Program-made: the position numbers and the translations under genes | DNA from: Eukaryota sp. GEM-RC1 | Taxonomy: Eukaryota | Direction: 5' to 3' | Assembly: GCA_040285855.1 (NCBI GenBank) | Contig: JAUFOQ010000010.1 | Span: 558,001 to 622,000 of the forward strand | DNA: 64,000 bases | Part shown: piece after piece, positions 40,725-52,940 of the stretch | Position numbering within the stretch: position 1 is the stretch's first letter | How the letters are laid out: every line of letters starts with the position of its first letter | Notes under the pieces: model-generated | The model's input: only the letters and a program-made list of their open reading frames with translations | The model's database searches: none | What the model was told of the DNA's origin: nothing

Positions 40725-41924
40725 TTGAAGGTGAATTCTTCAGTTTCTACGATCAATCTACATAGCAACTCAATTGGTAATGAAGGCGCTATTGCAATTG
40801 CTGAAGCTTTGAAAGTGAATTCGTCTGTTTCTTCGATTTATCTACATAGCAACTCAATTGGTCCTGAAGGTGCTATTGCAATTGCTGAAGCTTTGAAGGT
40901 GAATTCTTCAGTTTCTACGATCAATCTACATAGCAACTCAATTGGTAATGAAGGCGCTATTGCAATTGCTGAAGCTTTGAAAGTGAATTCGTCTGTTTCT
41001 TCGATTTATCTATATAACAACTCAATTGGTAATGAAGGCGCTATTGCAATTGCTGCAGCTTTGAAGGTGAATTCTTCAGTTTCTACGATCAATCTATATA
41101 ACAACTCAATTGGTACTGAAGGCGCTATTGCAATTGCTGAAGCTTTGAAGGTGAATTCTTCAGTTTCTACGATCAATCTGTATAACAACTCAATTGGTAC
41201 TGAAGGCGCTATTGCAATTGCTGAAGCTTTGAAGGTGAATTCTTCAGTTTCTACGATCAATCTACATAGCAACTCAATTGGTAATGAAGGCGCTATTGCA
41301 ATTGCTGAAGCTTTGAAAGTGAATTCGTCTGTTTCTTCGATTTATCTATATAACAACTCAATTGGTAATGAAGGCGCTATTGCAATTGCTGCAGCTTTGA
41401 AGGTGAATTCTTCAGTTTCTACGATCAATCTATATAACAACTCAATTGGTAATGAAGGCGCTATTGCAATTGCTGCAGCTTTGAAGGTGAATTCTTCAGT
41501 TTCTACGATCAATCTATATAACAACTCAATTGGTAATGAAGGCGCTATTGCAATTGCTGCAGCTTTGAAGGTGAATTCTTCAGTTTCTACGATCAATCTA
41601 TATAACAACTCAATTGGTAATGAAGGCGCTATTGCAATTGCTGAAGCTTTGAAGCTGAATTCTTCAGTTTCTACGATCAATCTGTATATCAACTCAATTG
41701 GTAATGAAGGCGCTATTGCAATTGCTGAAGCTTTGAAGGTGAATTCTTCAGTTTCTCAGATCGATCTACGTAACAACCCAATTGGTAATGAAGGCGCTAT
41801 TGCAATTGCTGAAGCTTTGAAGGTGAATTCTTCAGTTTCTAAGATTTATCTAGATAACAACTCAATTAACAGTCAAACACAACAGTCGTTAAAATCACTA
41901 CACAAGAATAGAATTCGTTTCTAA
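40725..41924 (+). pseudogene. Headless LRR cassette A13 (13 modules + divergent cap)
   Basis: Open frame, no ATG; unique cap SKIYLDNN...NRIRF. Confidence 0.75.
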
Positions 41925-42540
41925 AGATATTTTCCTCTGATATAAAGATCACCCCATTATAAGTCACACATGAACAAATATCAATGCGGTTTAGCAGTTG
42001 ATCATACACAGATTGATTTTCAGTTTTACCCGGTAATTAAGACTCCTCATATCGAAAAGTTCATTTGCTATTGTTTTCAACATCACCACGTATTAATTGG
42101 TATCTGGAAATGATGTAACATTATACTACATGTTTCGAAATATTTCGAATCACCGACACATTGTCTCGTTGTTAACACGGTTGTATTTTTTCTCAAAAAA
42201 CAGCTTAATTGTCCTTGAGTTGAGTGATACTTTGATTATTCTCAGTGATCTATAAGATGTACAGTATCCTTTTGTATGTGTTCCATAGATATTTTAGTCA
42301 TGGTAATTTATTGAATATTGGTCAAAATTTGGTTATTCGTTAGATTCTATTTTAGTGATCTGTAATTTTATTGGAAATCTTGTCGCACAATTGTCTTAAC
42401 ATACAAAGTAGGTCTTTGCTTATCTTAAATTGAGTGTGTTATCTAACGTTATCTAAGCTTCTTTTTAATAGATTTGTGTTCTATAAACCGGCTAGAATTT
42501 CTGACTTCTATCTACATAACAACTCAATTGGTACTGAAGG

Positions 42541-42796
42541 CTTCCGTTGCACTGGATGCGACGTCAACAATTTTGGCAGTAAAGAGTGCTTGCAATGGAA
42601 GTTCGTATCCTTCATGGTTTGGACGGGGTGTGGATTCCAACGGTTTTTCAGTAATTCTTGAACTGCAGGGAGGTCGAGAAGTACCACGCCGTCGGATAGA
42701 AGTTGTTGTTTTAGTACTTCTTTCCATTAACAAAGTCAAATGATTGATTGTATAGTATTGATGGCAAATGACACAAGTTATTTCATGTTGCGTCAC
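42541..42796 (-). pseudogene. Truncated 5' fragment of an RRM-type gene
   Basis: PRPNHEGYELPLQALFTAKIV matches IRPGHEQYELPSEAPFTAEIV of the RRM-LRR genes; breaks at 42541. Confidence 0.65.
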
Positions 42797-43602
42797 AAGT
42801 GTTTACGTGACGTGCTTCACAACGAGACTCACTGATAATTATAGGAAATAATTAAGCTTGTAATACTTGTACATATTAAAACATTACTAGAAAGTACATC
42901 TACCTAAAAAAATAAACCGATTAGAAGTGAGAAGTTTCAAATGTTCCATTTGGATTATGAGGATATTTGTTTGCATATGTATGTTTTTGTAAACAACTTT
43001 GACTTTTATAAAACAGAAACAGCCAAAAAAAATCTAGAACTCAATATCATTGAAGCAACATTCTTTGTCATTGAATTTAACAAAAGATTGTAAAGGAAAT
43101 ACGATTCAACCCTTTTGATCAAACATTTTGTAACTACTTTTTCAAAGTGAGAGAGAAAACAAAACATCATTGTCAAATGTATCTACAGTGTTGTGTTGTT
43201 GTTTATCCAGCTACACTAAATGTGTTTGTTTGGAAAAACGACTACCATTTTACTTGATGATAATCATGATACTCATTGAAAAGTATGCGAGAATTTGAGT
43301 TTTTCCTAATCAACAGTTTTAAAGTCAATTGGGTTATCACAAAGAACAATCTCAGTAATCGTACAGTTACTTCTTAAAGCATCTTTCAAAGCCAAAACAC
43401 CTTCAGAGCAAAAGAGTTGCCACTTAGATTAATAGTACAGTAGCAATCAAGGAATTCGTTTACAAAATTTTAGAAAGCGCTACAGTGATGCTGGAGATTA
43501 ATACTTGTACTTTATACTTAAGCATTGAGGATGTAACTTTAAAATGTAAAACAAACTTCTAGGTAGTAGTAAAATGCCATACTAAAGAAAAACTTAAGGG
43601 CA

Positions 43603-44623
43603 TTACTCAAGTTGTTCTATTCCCACTATTGAAACTCTACAATTAACTTTTAACGCCTCTGCCAAAGCTCCAGCACCTTCATCTCCAATCGAGTTGTTCC
43701 ACAGATTAACACGGGTAAGTGTAGTGTTAACTGTCAACGCATTTGCCAAAGCTCTAGCACCCGCATCTCCAGTTTCATTGGAACCTAAATCAAGAATTGC
43801 AACTCCAGAATTGATTTGTAAAGCATTTGCCAAAGCTTTAGTACCTTCACATTCAATGAAATTCACTCTCAGACAGATTCTTGTTACTGTACTATTGACT
43901 TTCAATGCATCTGCCAAAGCTATAGCACCATTATATCCAAAATAGTTGAAACTGAAAACAACACTGGTAACTGTAGTATTAACTTTTAACAGCTCCATCA
44001 ACAGAAATGGCAGAAGACACATCAACATGAAGCTGCTGAAGACAGGGAAAGAACAAGAAAGACTTGTTAAGAAACTCCAAGTCATTGTAGTGTTGTATGT
44101 TAAATTTCAATCCTAAAATTATATTAGAATAATCAAGATAATCTTCAACTTCAAAGGTTTCTTTTACCTCCAAGAAAATAGAAGTTACATGAGCTCCAAA
44201 TAAAGCAGCAACTGAATATAATTGACAAATTTCTTTAGATTCCAGATACAGCGTGTTTGGTTGAAGAAACACCCCAACTGCTTGAAAAGCAGATTCAAAG
44301 AAATGACGACTTAAATAGCCAACATTGTTCAAGAATGTAGGTAGATCTCTCTTTAAAATGAGAAAAGAATAACAAGGTTCGTTATGATTCCTCGTGTTAG
44401 AAGTGTTTAGAAGTCGTCGTAACAAGTGAAGATGGATCGAAATCAACAGAGATTGTTGAAAATGTATGGACTTTTTACTCTTGTCAGGACTTTCCGTGGA
44501 AGAGTGGTTGGAGGGTGGAGGAAGAGAAGATGAAGATAGCTTTGTCCTCCCAGCGGAGAGTGAACATTGATCTGGGTCTTGGAGAGAAGTAGAGGGTTTC
44601 GCGTCGTCAAGAGTGGGATTCAT
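43603..44623 (-). pseudogene. LRR gene of the 1817/5538 subfamily, frameshifted near 44000
   Basis: ORF 43979..44623 (MNPTLDDAKPSTSLQ, pre-LRR domain) and ORF 43603..44085 (about 4 LRRs). The shift is not in a long homopolymer. Confidence 0.75.
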
Positions 44624-44839
44624 GATACTTTCGTCGTCAGAAGGTGGTAAGTTGGGGAGATCTGAGAGTCTCGTTCGGAGGCTTTAGACACAAAGGATTT
44701 TGCTATAGAAATCAGTTGAGCAAATGATTTCATTACTTTGGTGGATTCTGGTTCCTGAGCAGAACTGTTGAATCTAGAAGTTGTTGGATGGATTAGAATG
44801 ATGATGGTACTGTGAATTGCATTTGTGTTGCATACTACT

Positions 44840-46011
44840 TAGGGCTGTTAATGGGAGATGGGAGTTTCTCCCACTCCCAACACGTGTTCTCCCACTACCA
44901 CTCCCACCTCCCACTTGTCATAGGTGAGACTCCCACTCCCACTCCCACTCCCAACAAATTCTCCCAACTCCCACCCAACTCCCATTTTTGTATCTTCTAG
45001 TACAATGACACTTTACTTTATAAACATAACAATCACTAACTCTATCTCTGATTCATGAACAACTCTCTCATCTCCCGACCTTTGAACCATGATTTCAAAC
45101 AAAGGACTACTTCAATAGAATCACTACTCAAGGAAGCTCGTAACTTCGTAACAACACACCCTGCCTGAGAAAATAACTGTTCACTTGGAACTGATGAGGC
45201 TTGTGTTGTCATAAAGTTCTTAGCATACAATGTATGCGGATAGTCGTGAATACCTGTTGAAACACAACACATTTTGTATTTTAAACCAAATTCAGTAATA
45301 ATTTCTTCCACAGCATCGGCAATGTTGATGGCAGTGTGGTTTTCTTTCAGGTGCTTAAAACCGTGGACGTACATTGTAAATGTTTAAATTCCAGTCTTCA
45401 ATACAGTGAACTGTTACCCCATTAAAATGCTTGTTTGTATTCGATCTCCATCTATCAATCCTAATAGATACTTTAGAAGAATTACACACATTTTTGAATT
45501 TATCTATCAAGTATCCTTTAAATGACTCATAAACATTCAACATATCATTTCTTATCGTGGTTCTTTTTGGAATTTTGGAAACTGAAAGAGAGGAAACAAA
45601 TTCAATAAAATCAGGATGTTTAAACAGACCAGAGTTTTCAGGATCTTCAGATAAATCAAGCGATGACATTGGTTGAAATTTACAGATAAACAACCACGCT
45701 CTTTATAAAACGAAAATAAATAAAACAAAACAAAGACAGTAAAAATGTAATACACCTAGTCCTATTAATATTCTAGAAAAATTATAACTGTATTTGTCTA
45801 GCTAGCTTGTTTCTGTTTTAAATTGAAGTTAGAGTTGTGTCTGTAAATGGGAGATGGGAGATTTTGGGAGTTCCCACCTCCCAACGGAGAGCTCCCACTC
45901 CCACTCCCACTCCCAAAAATTGCTACTGAAGCTCCCACTCCCACTCCCAAGGGTCATGGGAGATGGGAGTTGGGTGGGAGTTGGGAGAAATGGGAGAAAT
46001 TGACAGCCCTA
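44840..46011 (-). mobile_element. Internally deleted hAT transposon with transposase remnants
   Basis: TIRs TAGGGCTGTTAAT / ATTGACAGCCCTA; 8-bp TSD ATACTACT (44832-44839, 46012-46019); subterminal CTCCCA repeats; hATC motif ASSVPSEQLFSQAG...LRASLS...LCLKSW and VSIRIDRW...GVTVH. Confidence 0.93.
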
Positions 46012-48338
46012 ATACTACTAGTAGTACTACTAGTAGTCTGGTACACCTCCAAATCTGACTTTTCACATTTCTTGGTCTTTCACATTTTCTTGTATCTTGG
46101 TTTCTCGTCCTAACTACATCATGAGCTTCACATATAACACACTGTCGGTCTCGATGTTGGTTTTAGGACTTTTGGTTTCAATTCATCAAGAGATATGATC
46201 TACCGAGCAGTCCTCACTTAATGTATACATCCGCCCGTTTCCCGCTGAGATGCAGGTGTTTTCTCTGATCCAAACTCACATGGATAAAGTTGAATCTTGA
46301 TGCTGTACTATTGGTAATGATTACCAAGGTCATCATTTCTTTATTTGTAGTTCCTATAAACTAAGATGTAGCTGTTTCATCAGTTCAATACAACAGTCTA
46401 CAAATCAGATACATACCGAATGCTTGTCGAACACTTTACTCTCTCTTCACATTCCTCACCTCATTCGTCATCATTTAGAGTATATCAAACGACTGACTTG
46501 TGGCAGATACTACACCACAGTGTCTCTGGGATCAGTTCTTGGTCGTATTGTTGTGTCTTCCCTCTAGAGGTGATAGGACCATATGTAGATGTGTATTTTG
46601 AATATAGTCTAGGTGCAATCATTTCACTTGCAGATGACTATTTGCTTGTCTCATCGAATGATTATTGTGTTCATTTGTATAAAGATGCTTTCCTGATGCA
46701 TGTTCTTTCGTTTGTACTACTGATTTTGTTGGGTATAATCACACCCAATGTAACATGTGTATTACACACTCTACATGTGTTCAAGGTTGTCGATCAGGGG
46801 ACATTGAATTTATATATACAGATTCCTTAAGAAGTAAAGACCTCATTCAAGGAAATATACAGTTCTGTCAAGATTCTAGCAAAAGAAAGAATTTGTCGAG
46901 ATTCTAGTCTGCTATCAAGAGCAGAGACAGTTTTGTCAAGATTGTAGTGTTGAACAAACACCAATACTTCTGCTCTCGATAACAGAGATGGGCTCACAAC
47001 CAAAGCAGCATGAGCTTGTCTGTCGTTTGAGGTCGATTCTATCCACTGGGTATTAGCTGATTTTCGTGTGAAGGAACAAGAAAAAATTACAGTATTGTGA
47101 AAAGTAGAAAATGAAATTGTATGGAAATGCTCTTGTGATGAAAATGACTGTAGTATGGAATTTGATTGTGAGTCGCACAATTTGTAACAAACCGTTCATG
47201 CAGGGGTAGAAGCATTGGCGAGGATCAACAGAAGAGACCCCAAGATCGTTGTATAGATACAGTATATGTATAGATTCACAAGCTTCGCAGTCTACAAAAG
47301 CCTTAGCACAACAAATTGGACATAAAGCAAAGACAGTGCTCAATTACAGTAGTATTGTTTGATCAAACATAACGGTTTCACATCAATTCACGATTTAGAG
47401 AGATGTTGGTTTTTATATGGGTAATTGTCAGAGTCTCACTACAATGTAGCACACATACAGTGTTTGGAAAATGTTCGTTCATACTTTTCATCGGGATAGG
47501 CTAAATACACACCCCCACGGACGACATTTTCTTTCTCGCACAACAATTCTTTTCCTTGGTTGCCGTTGTTCTCTCCATCTACTTTCCTTGCAAACATAGA
47601 CTTTCCTTTATTGATATTGTTATACATTATGTTATCTCATCTGTTTCTTTCTTCTTTCCTCTGTAACAGTAATTGCTTATTGTTCTCACTATTTCCTCGT
47701 TGTTCTTAGCGGCATTCACTATTTCAGGTTTTGAACTCGTAAATTGAGATCCTACTTTTCTTCGACAACAGCTTGATAGGTATTCCTAAGTGCCCCTGTG
47801 GATGATAGTCATCAGTAAGTAGTCAACAGCATGGCTAGGGCTTTTAAGAAACAAGCCTGACACATTTGACGTACCGATAGACATCACTTCTCAAAAAGGA
47901 AGTTATCAGCTTTCAATGGAAGACTACAAGCTTGAATTTAATAAATTGCAACGTACATCATAATTAAAGTCAGTTGTTGTACCTGGTGTATGGACAGTAT
48001 GATCTGCATGATATAAGACACATTTATCTGCATCAATAAACCAAACATGTTCTACTCTTTCTGCTAACTTCTCCATGAGTCAAATGTGGGAAGCAGGTGT
48101 CACAGGGCAATCTTACAGTAACTAGAGTATCACTAAATTTCCGTTGTCTTCTGATCATAGAGCGATAGGTCACAATGTCTGAGCTCTGGGAAAGAGTTGT
48201 AATAAAATGGAAGCCAATATATTAATGCTTGCTGAACACGTTCGCTTAAGTAAACACTACTCCTAAAAGAAAACACAGAGTGTAATGCATTGAGGAAAAC
48301 ATGTACGGGATAGATGGATTGAGATGAGAAGGAATCAA

Positions 48339-49205
48339 TCAGGGGAAGAATTGAAACTCCAAGTCATTGTTATTCTTCAATTTCAATTCTAAACCAACAA
48401 TTAAATCAGAAAGATGAAGAAACTCTTCAATAATAAACGTCTTGTTTATGTGTAAGAAAAGAGAGTTTACATCTGCGCCAAAGTGGGAAGCAAATGAACA
48501 GATTTGAGGAAGATCTTGAGAAGTAACATGAAACGTGTTTCTTTGAAAAAACACCTTAATTGCTAGAAGAGCAGATTCGAAGAAATGATTGCTGACATAA
48601 CCAATTCTCTTAAAAAAAGTAAGAATATTGTTGTTCAAATAAAGGAGATCAAAACCAGTATTAACTTCAAGAGCAGACTTGCAGAGATTTGTCAACAGGT
48701 GAAAATGTATTAGTACTAGCAAAGAGTGCAAAAAATGTATACGATTTGAAGGAGATTGGAGTAAAGATGTCAAATGGAGAAGGGCATGAGATTTAGAATT
48801 AAGTGTAGGTGATCCAGAGAGAGCGTTCATTGGTTGAAGAGAAGACCGATGAGCAGATGCTACATATGTGCGGATATGGCGGCCACGGATCTTAAACATC
48901 CAGTACTTATCTAAACATTGCTTGAGGCCTTGAACATCAGAAAACTCGACAAAGAACTGACCTGTTGTATTAGGAGGAGATCGGATTCCTGTTACGGGAA
49001 GAGAGGAGAAAGCATGGCTAATGTCGATTTCTGTTACACTGTGAGCATCAATGACGATTTCGGCAGTGAAGGGGGCTTCAGAAGGAAGTTCATACTGTTC
49101 ATGACCAGGACGTATACTATAGACAGGAACTTCTGGTTCAGTGTTTGAACTAGGGGAATGGGCAGGAAAACCATTTTGATCCAAGAAAGGTGGTTCAGAG
49201 TCCAT
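48339..49205 (-). pseudogene. Duplicate of the RRM-LRR gene truncated before the LRRs
   Basis: Matches 19829..20682; homology ends at 48353 and a stop follows within a few codons. Confidence 0.8.
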
Positions 49206-49406
49206 CAAACAAAAGAAATGTGTGTGATTTGATGTGTTATCTTCTATTACTGCACAGGTTCGGGTTTAGGTTTCTAACCAAACCTTTTTAAACCAAACCA
49301 AACCAAAACCTTTTTTAATAAAACCAAACCAAACCAAAACCTTTAGCTTCAGAACCGAAGGAAAATGAATCACAATTAATTTCAAAAACCCTCTGTCTCT
49401 GATATA

Positions 49407-49481
49407 CAGTCAACACTGTTTATAGCGGGACTATATGTACCTACGCTATATAGAGTTTCACGCTATAGACAGTTTTTACTG
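49407..49481. mobile_element. 75-bp Tc1/mariner(pogo)-like MITE
   Basis: TIRs CAGTCAACACTGTTTATAGCG / CGCTATAGACAGTTTTTACTG (18/21); TA duplicated on both sides; empty site at 20881-20882 in copy 1. Confidence 0.9.
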
Positions 49482-50767
49482 TACATCGTATAAGAACGAT
49501 CTTGACGTTTTTTTCGGTATCTATGCAATTTTTTGTTGCGAACAAGTTTTTTCTTCTGCTGGACGCACAGTTACAGAAGAATTGTTCAGTGCATGAAAAG
49601 CAACTTTTCTTTTTAAAACCACTTTACCTTGGGTTAAATGGTGTGATACATACTTTTGTCTCATCATCGATTAACTCCCCGCTGTACATACAGGGAGTAT
49701 GTTGTCTAGAGCTGCCACTGTGATATAATGCCTTCACCGTATCCAGCTTCAATGGATTGCAGATTTCACTCATCATATGCCACATATTATCATATATATT
49801 GAAGTATTCTGTTTAATAATTTGTGCTTTTTATTAACAATATTTTTGTTTTTGTCTCAGAAGGAGTGAATCAAAAAGACTGTAAACGACCCAGGCTTGGT
49901 GAAGAAGCGATAAGAGAAACATGGGTTTTTGGATAGGATTTAGTAAAGATTTTAAGGTACCTCAAACTTTGCTTCAGACACAGGGGTGATACTGAAACAT
50001 GATCGTAGTCACATTGAGGAAGTACATTATAAGTGTTTGGAGAAAGAAGGAGATAGTGACGAGCATCAGACTGTATAAGAAACAACATAGAGTTATTAAA
50101 GGAGATAGTATTCTTCCAAACAAGATGAGAATTTCGGTAGTGTGACCTCCTGATTCAAGTAACTGAAAGAGAAATCGGCGAAATAGAGAATCCAATTAAG
50201 AACAACTCAAGTTTCAGATACTCAAAGAGACAAAACACAGAGAACTTGTTCTGAGTTAGTAAGCAGAATTGAATATGTGAGGAGAAGAACCCCTTCAAAG
50301 CATTGAGACGACAATAGCAGCATTAACATTGCCAGAGAAGAGTGTCCTTAAAGAATAGAATCTACAAGAGGATATGAAAAGATAGGGTAATTTATGCAAG
50401 AAGTACAGTCACACCTAAAATCGTATTCCCAAGATGACAACGAAAAGAGCTGATGATTGGTGTTGAACAAGGGTAGGCTCATGTCTTAAGTTTACCCTTT
50501 GTTTCTTTTGCTGCCTAAGAAACAATACACTCTGTTATCTGCTCTTTCTGAAAGTCAAAAATAAAAAACCAATGATCCCGGTTAAGCTAGATTGGATGTG
50601 TGAGATTGTTGCAAAGATAAGGTCTCGATCCTGGCTTATATATGGTACTGTAACTGCTGGAAGAGGTTGAAAAAGAACCCGAGACGGGAAAAAATTGTCG
50701 TGCGACAAAATGATGTCAGAGTTCTCCAGAATGAACTCTTCGACCTGAAGTCTATTTTCTTCCTCAA

Positions 50768-52302
50768 ATGTCTCACTATCTCTGTGATATTTGTCATGAA
50801 ATTCTCAAGAATCCGGTAACTACTTGGTGTGGCCACACCTTTTGTATGTCGGATTTGCAGGAGTGGCTTGATTCTCATAACGGATGTCCGATCTGTCGAG
50901 CTGAAGTGGACAAGTCAAGGCTGTGTCCTAACTACAAGTTGAAAGAAGCTGTTGAAGCCTTTGTTGCTGGTCAAGGTGAGACTATTTGTTTTGAGTGTGA
51001 TGAAGCTGCTGCCACTTGTTATTGCGCAGAATGTGACGCCGATTTCTGTGACAAATGTTTTAACCCTGCTCATCGCCCTAAGGTGCTACGATCTCATGTT
51101 GCTGTCCCCCTAAATAAGAAGCATGCCTACCTTGTTCCCAAGTGCCCCAGCCACAGTATGAAGTCGTTAGAGTTGTTCTGCACCTTCTGCTCCGTTGCCC
51201 TTTGTTCCACGTGTGCTTTCCTTGGTGACCATGACCAACACAAAAGAAGTTGCTTCCCTTCAATGAAGGTCGAACCTCTGTTGAAAAGAATATCAACTCA
51301 ATTAATCAAGAGTTGTCGTTAGCCATTGAAAAAATATCTCAGTCAGCTGAAGCTGCTATCCAGCAAGCAACAAGTGGTTTTGTCCAACTCAAAGAAAGTC
51401 TGACTGTCCTGCTCCAAGAAACTATGTTGGACTCTGCTACCATTATGAATGACTTACAATCTGGGAAACCTGTCATGTTCAAGCCAAAGATCAGCGAAAA
51501 ATTCACTACCACCACTTCAACCCTTCTCAACAACCAATCTAATATCATCTCCTCTTTAAATGAAGAACTTTTCTCCATCCACTCCGATGCTTCTCGTCGT
51601 TTGACGTCTCTTTCCGTTGATTCGGAGTCTAGTGTTGCTTCTGCTAGGCTTCTAGAAGACCCTCCTTTACCAATCAAGAGCATTGAAAGTGTCTGCCCTG
51701 TACAACAAGTTGAAGAGAAGAAACTTGTTATTGATTGGAGCAAGCTTAGTTCTAAGTTGAAGAATTGTTATGATCAGATGGTGAGAAATGAGGTTTCTAC
51801 GATCAATCTATATAACAACTCAATTGGTCCTGAAGGCGCTATTGCAATTGCTGAAGCTTTGAAGGTGAATTCTTCAGTTTCTACGATCAATCTACATAAC
51901 AACTCAATTGGTCCTGAAGGCGCTATTGCAATTGCTGAAGCTTTGAAGGTGAATTCTTCACTTTCTAGAATCGATCTAGATGGCAACTTAATTGGTAATG
52001 AAGGCACTATTGCAATTGCCGAAGCTTTGAAGGTGAATTCTTCACTTTCTAGAATCGATCTAAATAACAACTCAATTGGTAATGAAGGCGCTATTGCAAT
52101 TGCTGAAGCTTTGAAGGTGAATTCGTCTGTTTCTACGATCAATCTAGGTAACAACTCAATTGGTAATGAAGGCGCTATTGCAATTGCTGAAGCTTTGAAG
52201 GTGAATTCGTCTGTTTCTTCGATTTATCTACATAGCAACTCAATTAACAGTCAAACACAACAGTCGTTAAAATCACTACACAAGAATAGAATTCATTTCT
52301 AA
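50768..52302 (+). CDS. TRIM-like RING/B-box/coiled-coil/LRR gene, copy 2 (5 modules + cap); frameshift near 51242
   Basis: ORFs 50768..51322 and 51250..52302 overlap in different frames, as in copy 1. Confidence 0.88.
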
Positions 52303-52940
52303 AGATATTTTCCTCTGATAGAAAGATCACCCCATTATAAGTCACACATAAACAAATATCAAAGCAGTTTAGCAGTCGATCATACACAGATTGATTTTCA
52401 GTTTTACCCGGTAATTAAGACTCGTCATATCGAAAAGTTCATTTGCTATTGTTTTCAACAACACCACGTATTAAATGGTATCTGGAAATGATGTAACATT
52501 ATACTACATGTTTTGAAATGATTCGAATCACCGACACAGTGTCTCGTTATTAACACGGTTGTATTTTTTCTCAAAAAACAGCTTAATTGTCCATGAGTTG
52601 AGTGATGCTTTGATTATTCTTAGTGATTTATAAGATGTACAGTATCCTTTTGTATCTACTCCAAAGATATTTTAGTCATGGTAATTTATTAAATATTGGT
52701 CAAAATTAGGTTGTTCGTTAGATTCTGTTTTAGTGATCTGTGATTTAATTGGAAATCTTGTCACACAATTGTCCTAACATACAAAGTAGGTTTTTGTTTA
52801 TCTTAAATTGAGTTTATTATCTAACATTATCTAAGCTTCTCTTTACTGGATATGGGTTCTATGAACCGGCTAGCATTTCCGATTTCTATCTACATTACAA
52901 CTCAACTGGTCCTGAAGGCGCTATTGCAATTGCTGAAGCT

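Larger units (their letters stand above)
23779..42541 (+). repeat. Array 1: 13 tandem units of ~635-bp spacer + ATG-less LRR cassette (n x 84 bp + cap)
   Basis: Every unit ends NSQTQQSLKSLHKNRI(H/R)F* and is followed by the same spacer; module counts 1,5,5,20,11,5,5,3,3,13,9,8,13. Confidence 0.95.
48353..52940. repeat. Segmental duplication, copy 2 (matches 19829..24415)
   Basis: Same order and orientation; differs by scattered substitutions, a MITE and the LRR module content. Confidence 0.92.

Noticed and set aside
23185..41924. CRISPR-like appearance (conserved repeat plus short variable segment)
   Set aside because: The period is exactly 28 codons in an open LRR frame, variable segments are reused and related to each other, there are no cas genes, and the context is eukaryotic.
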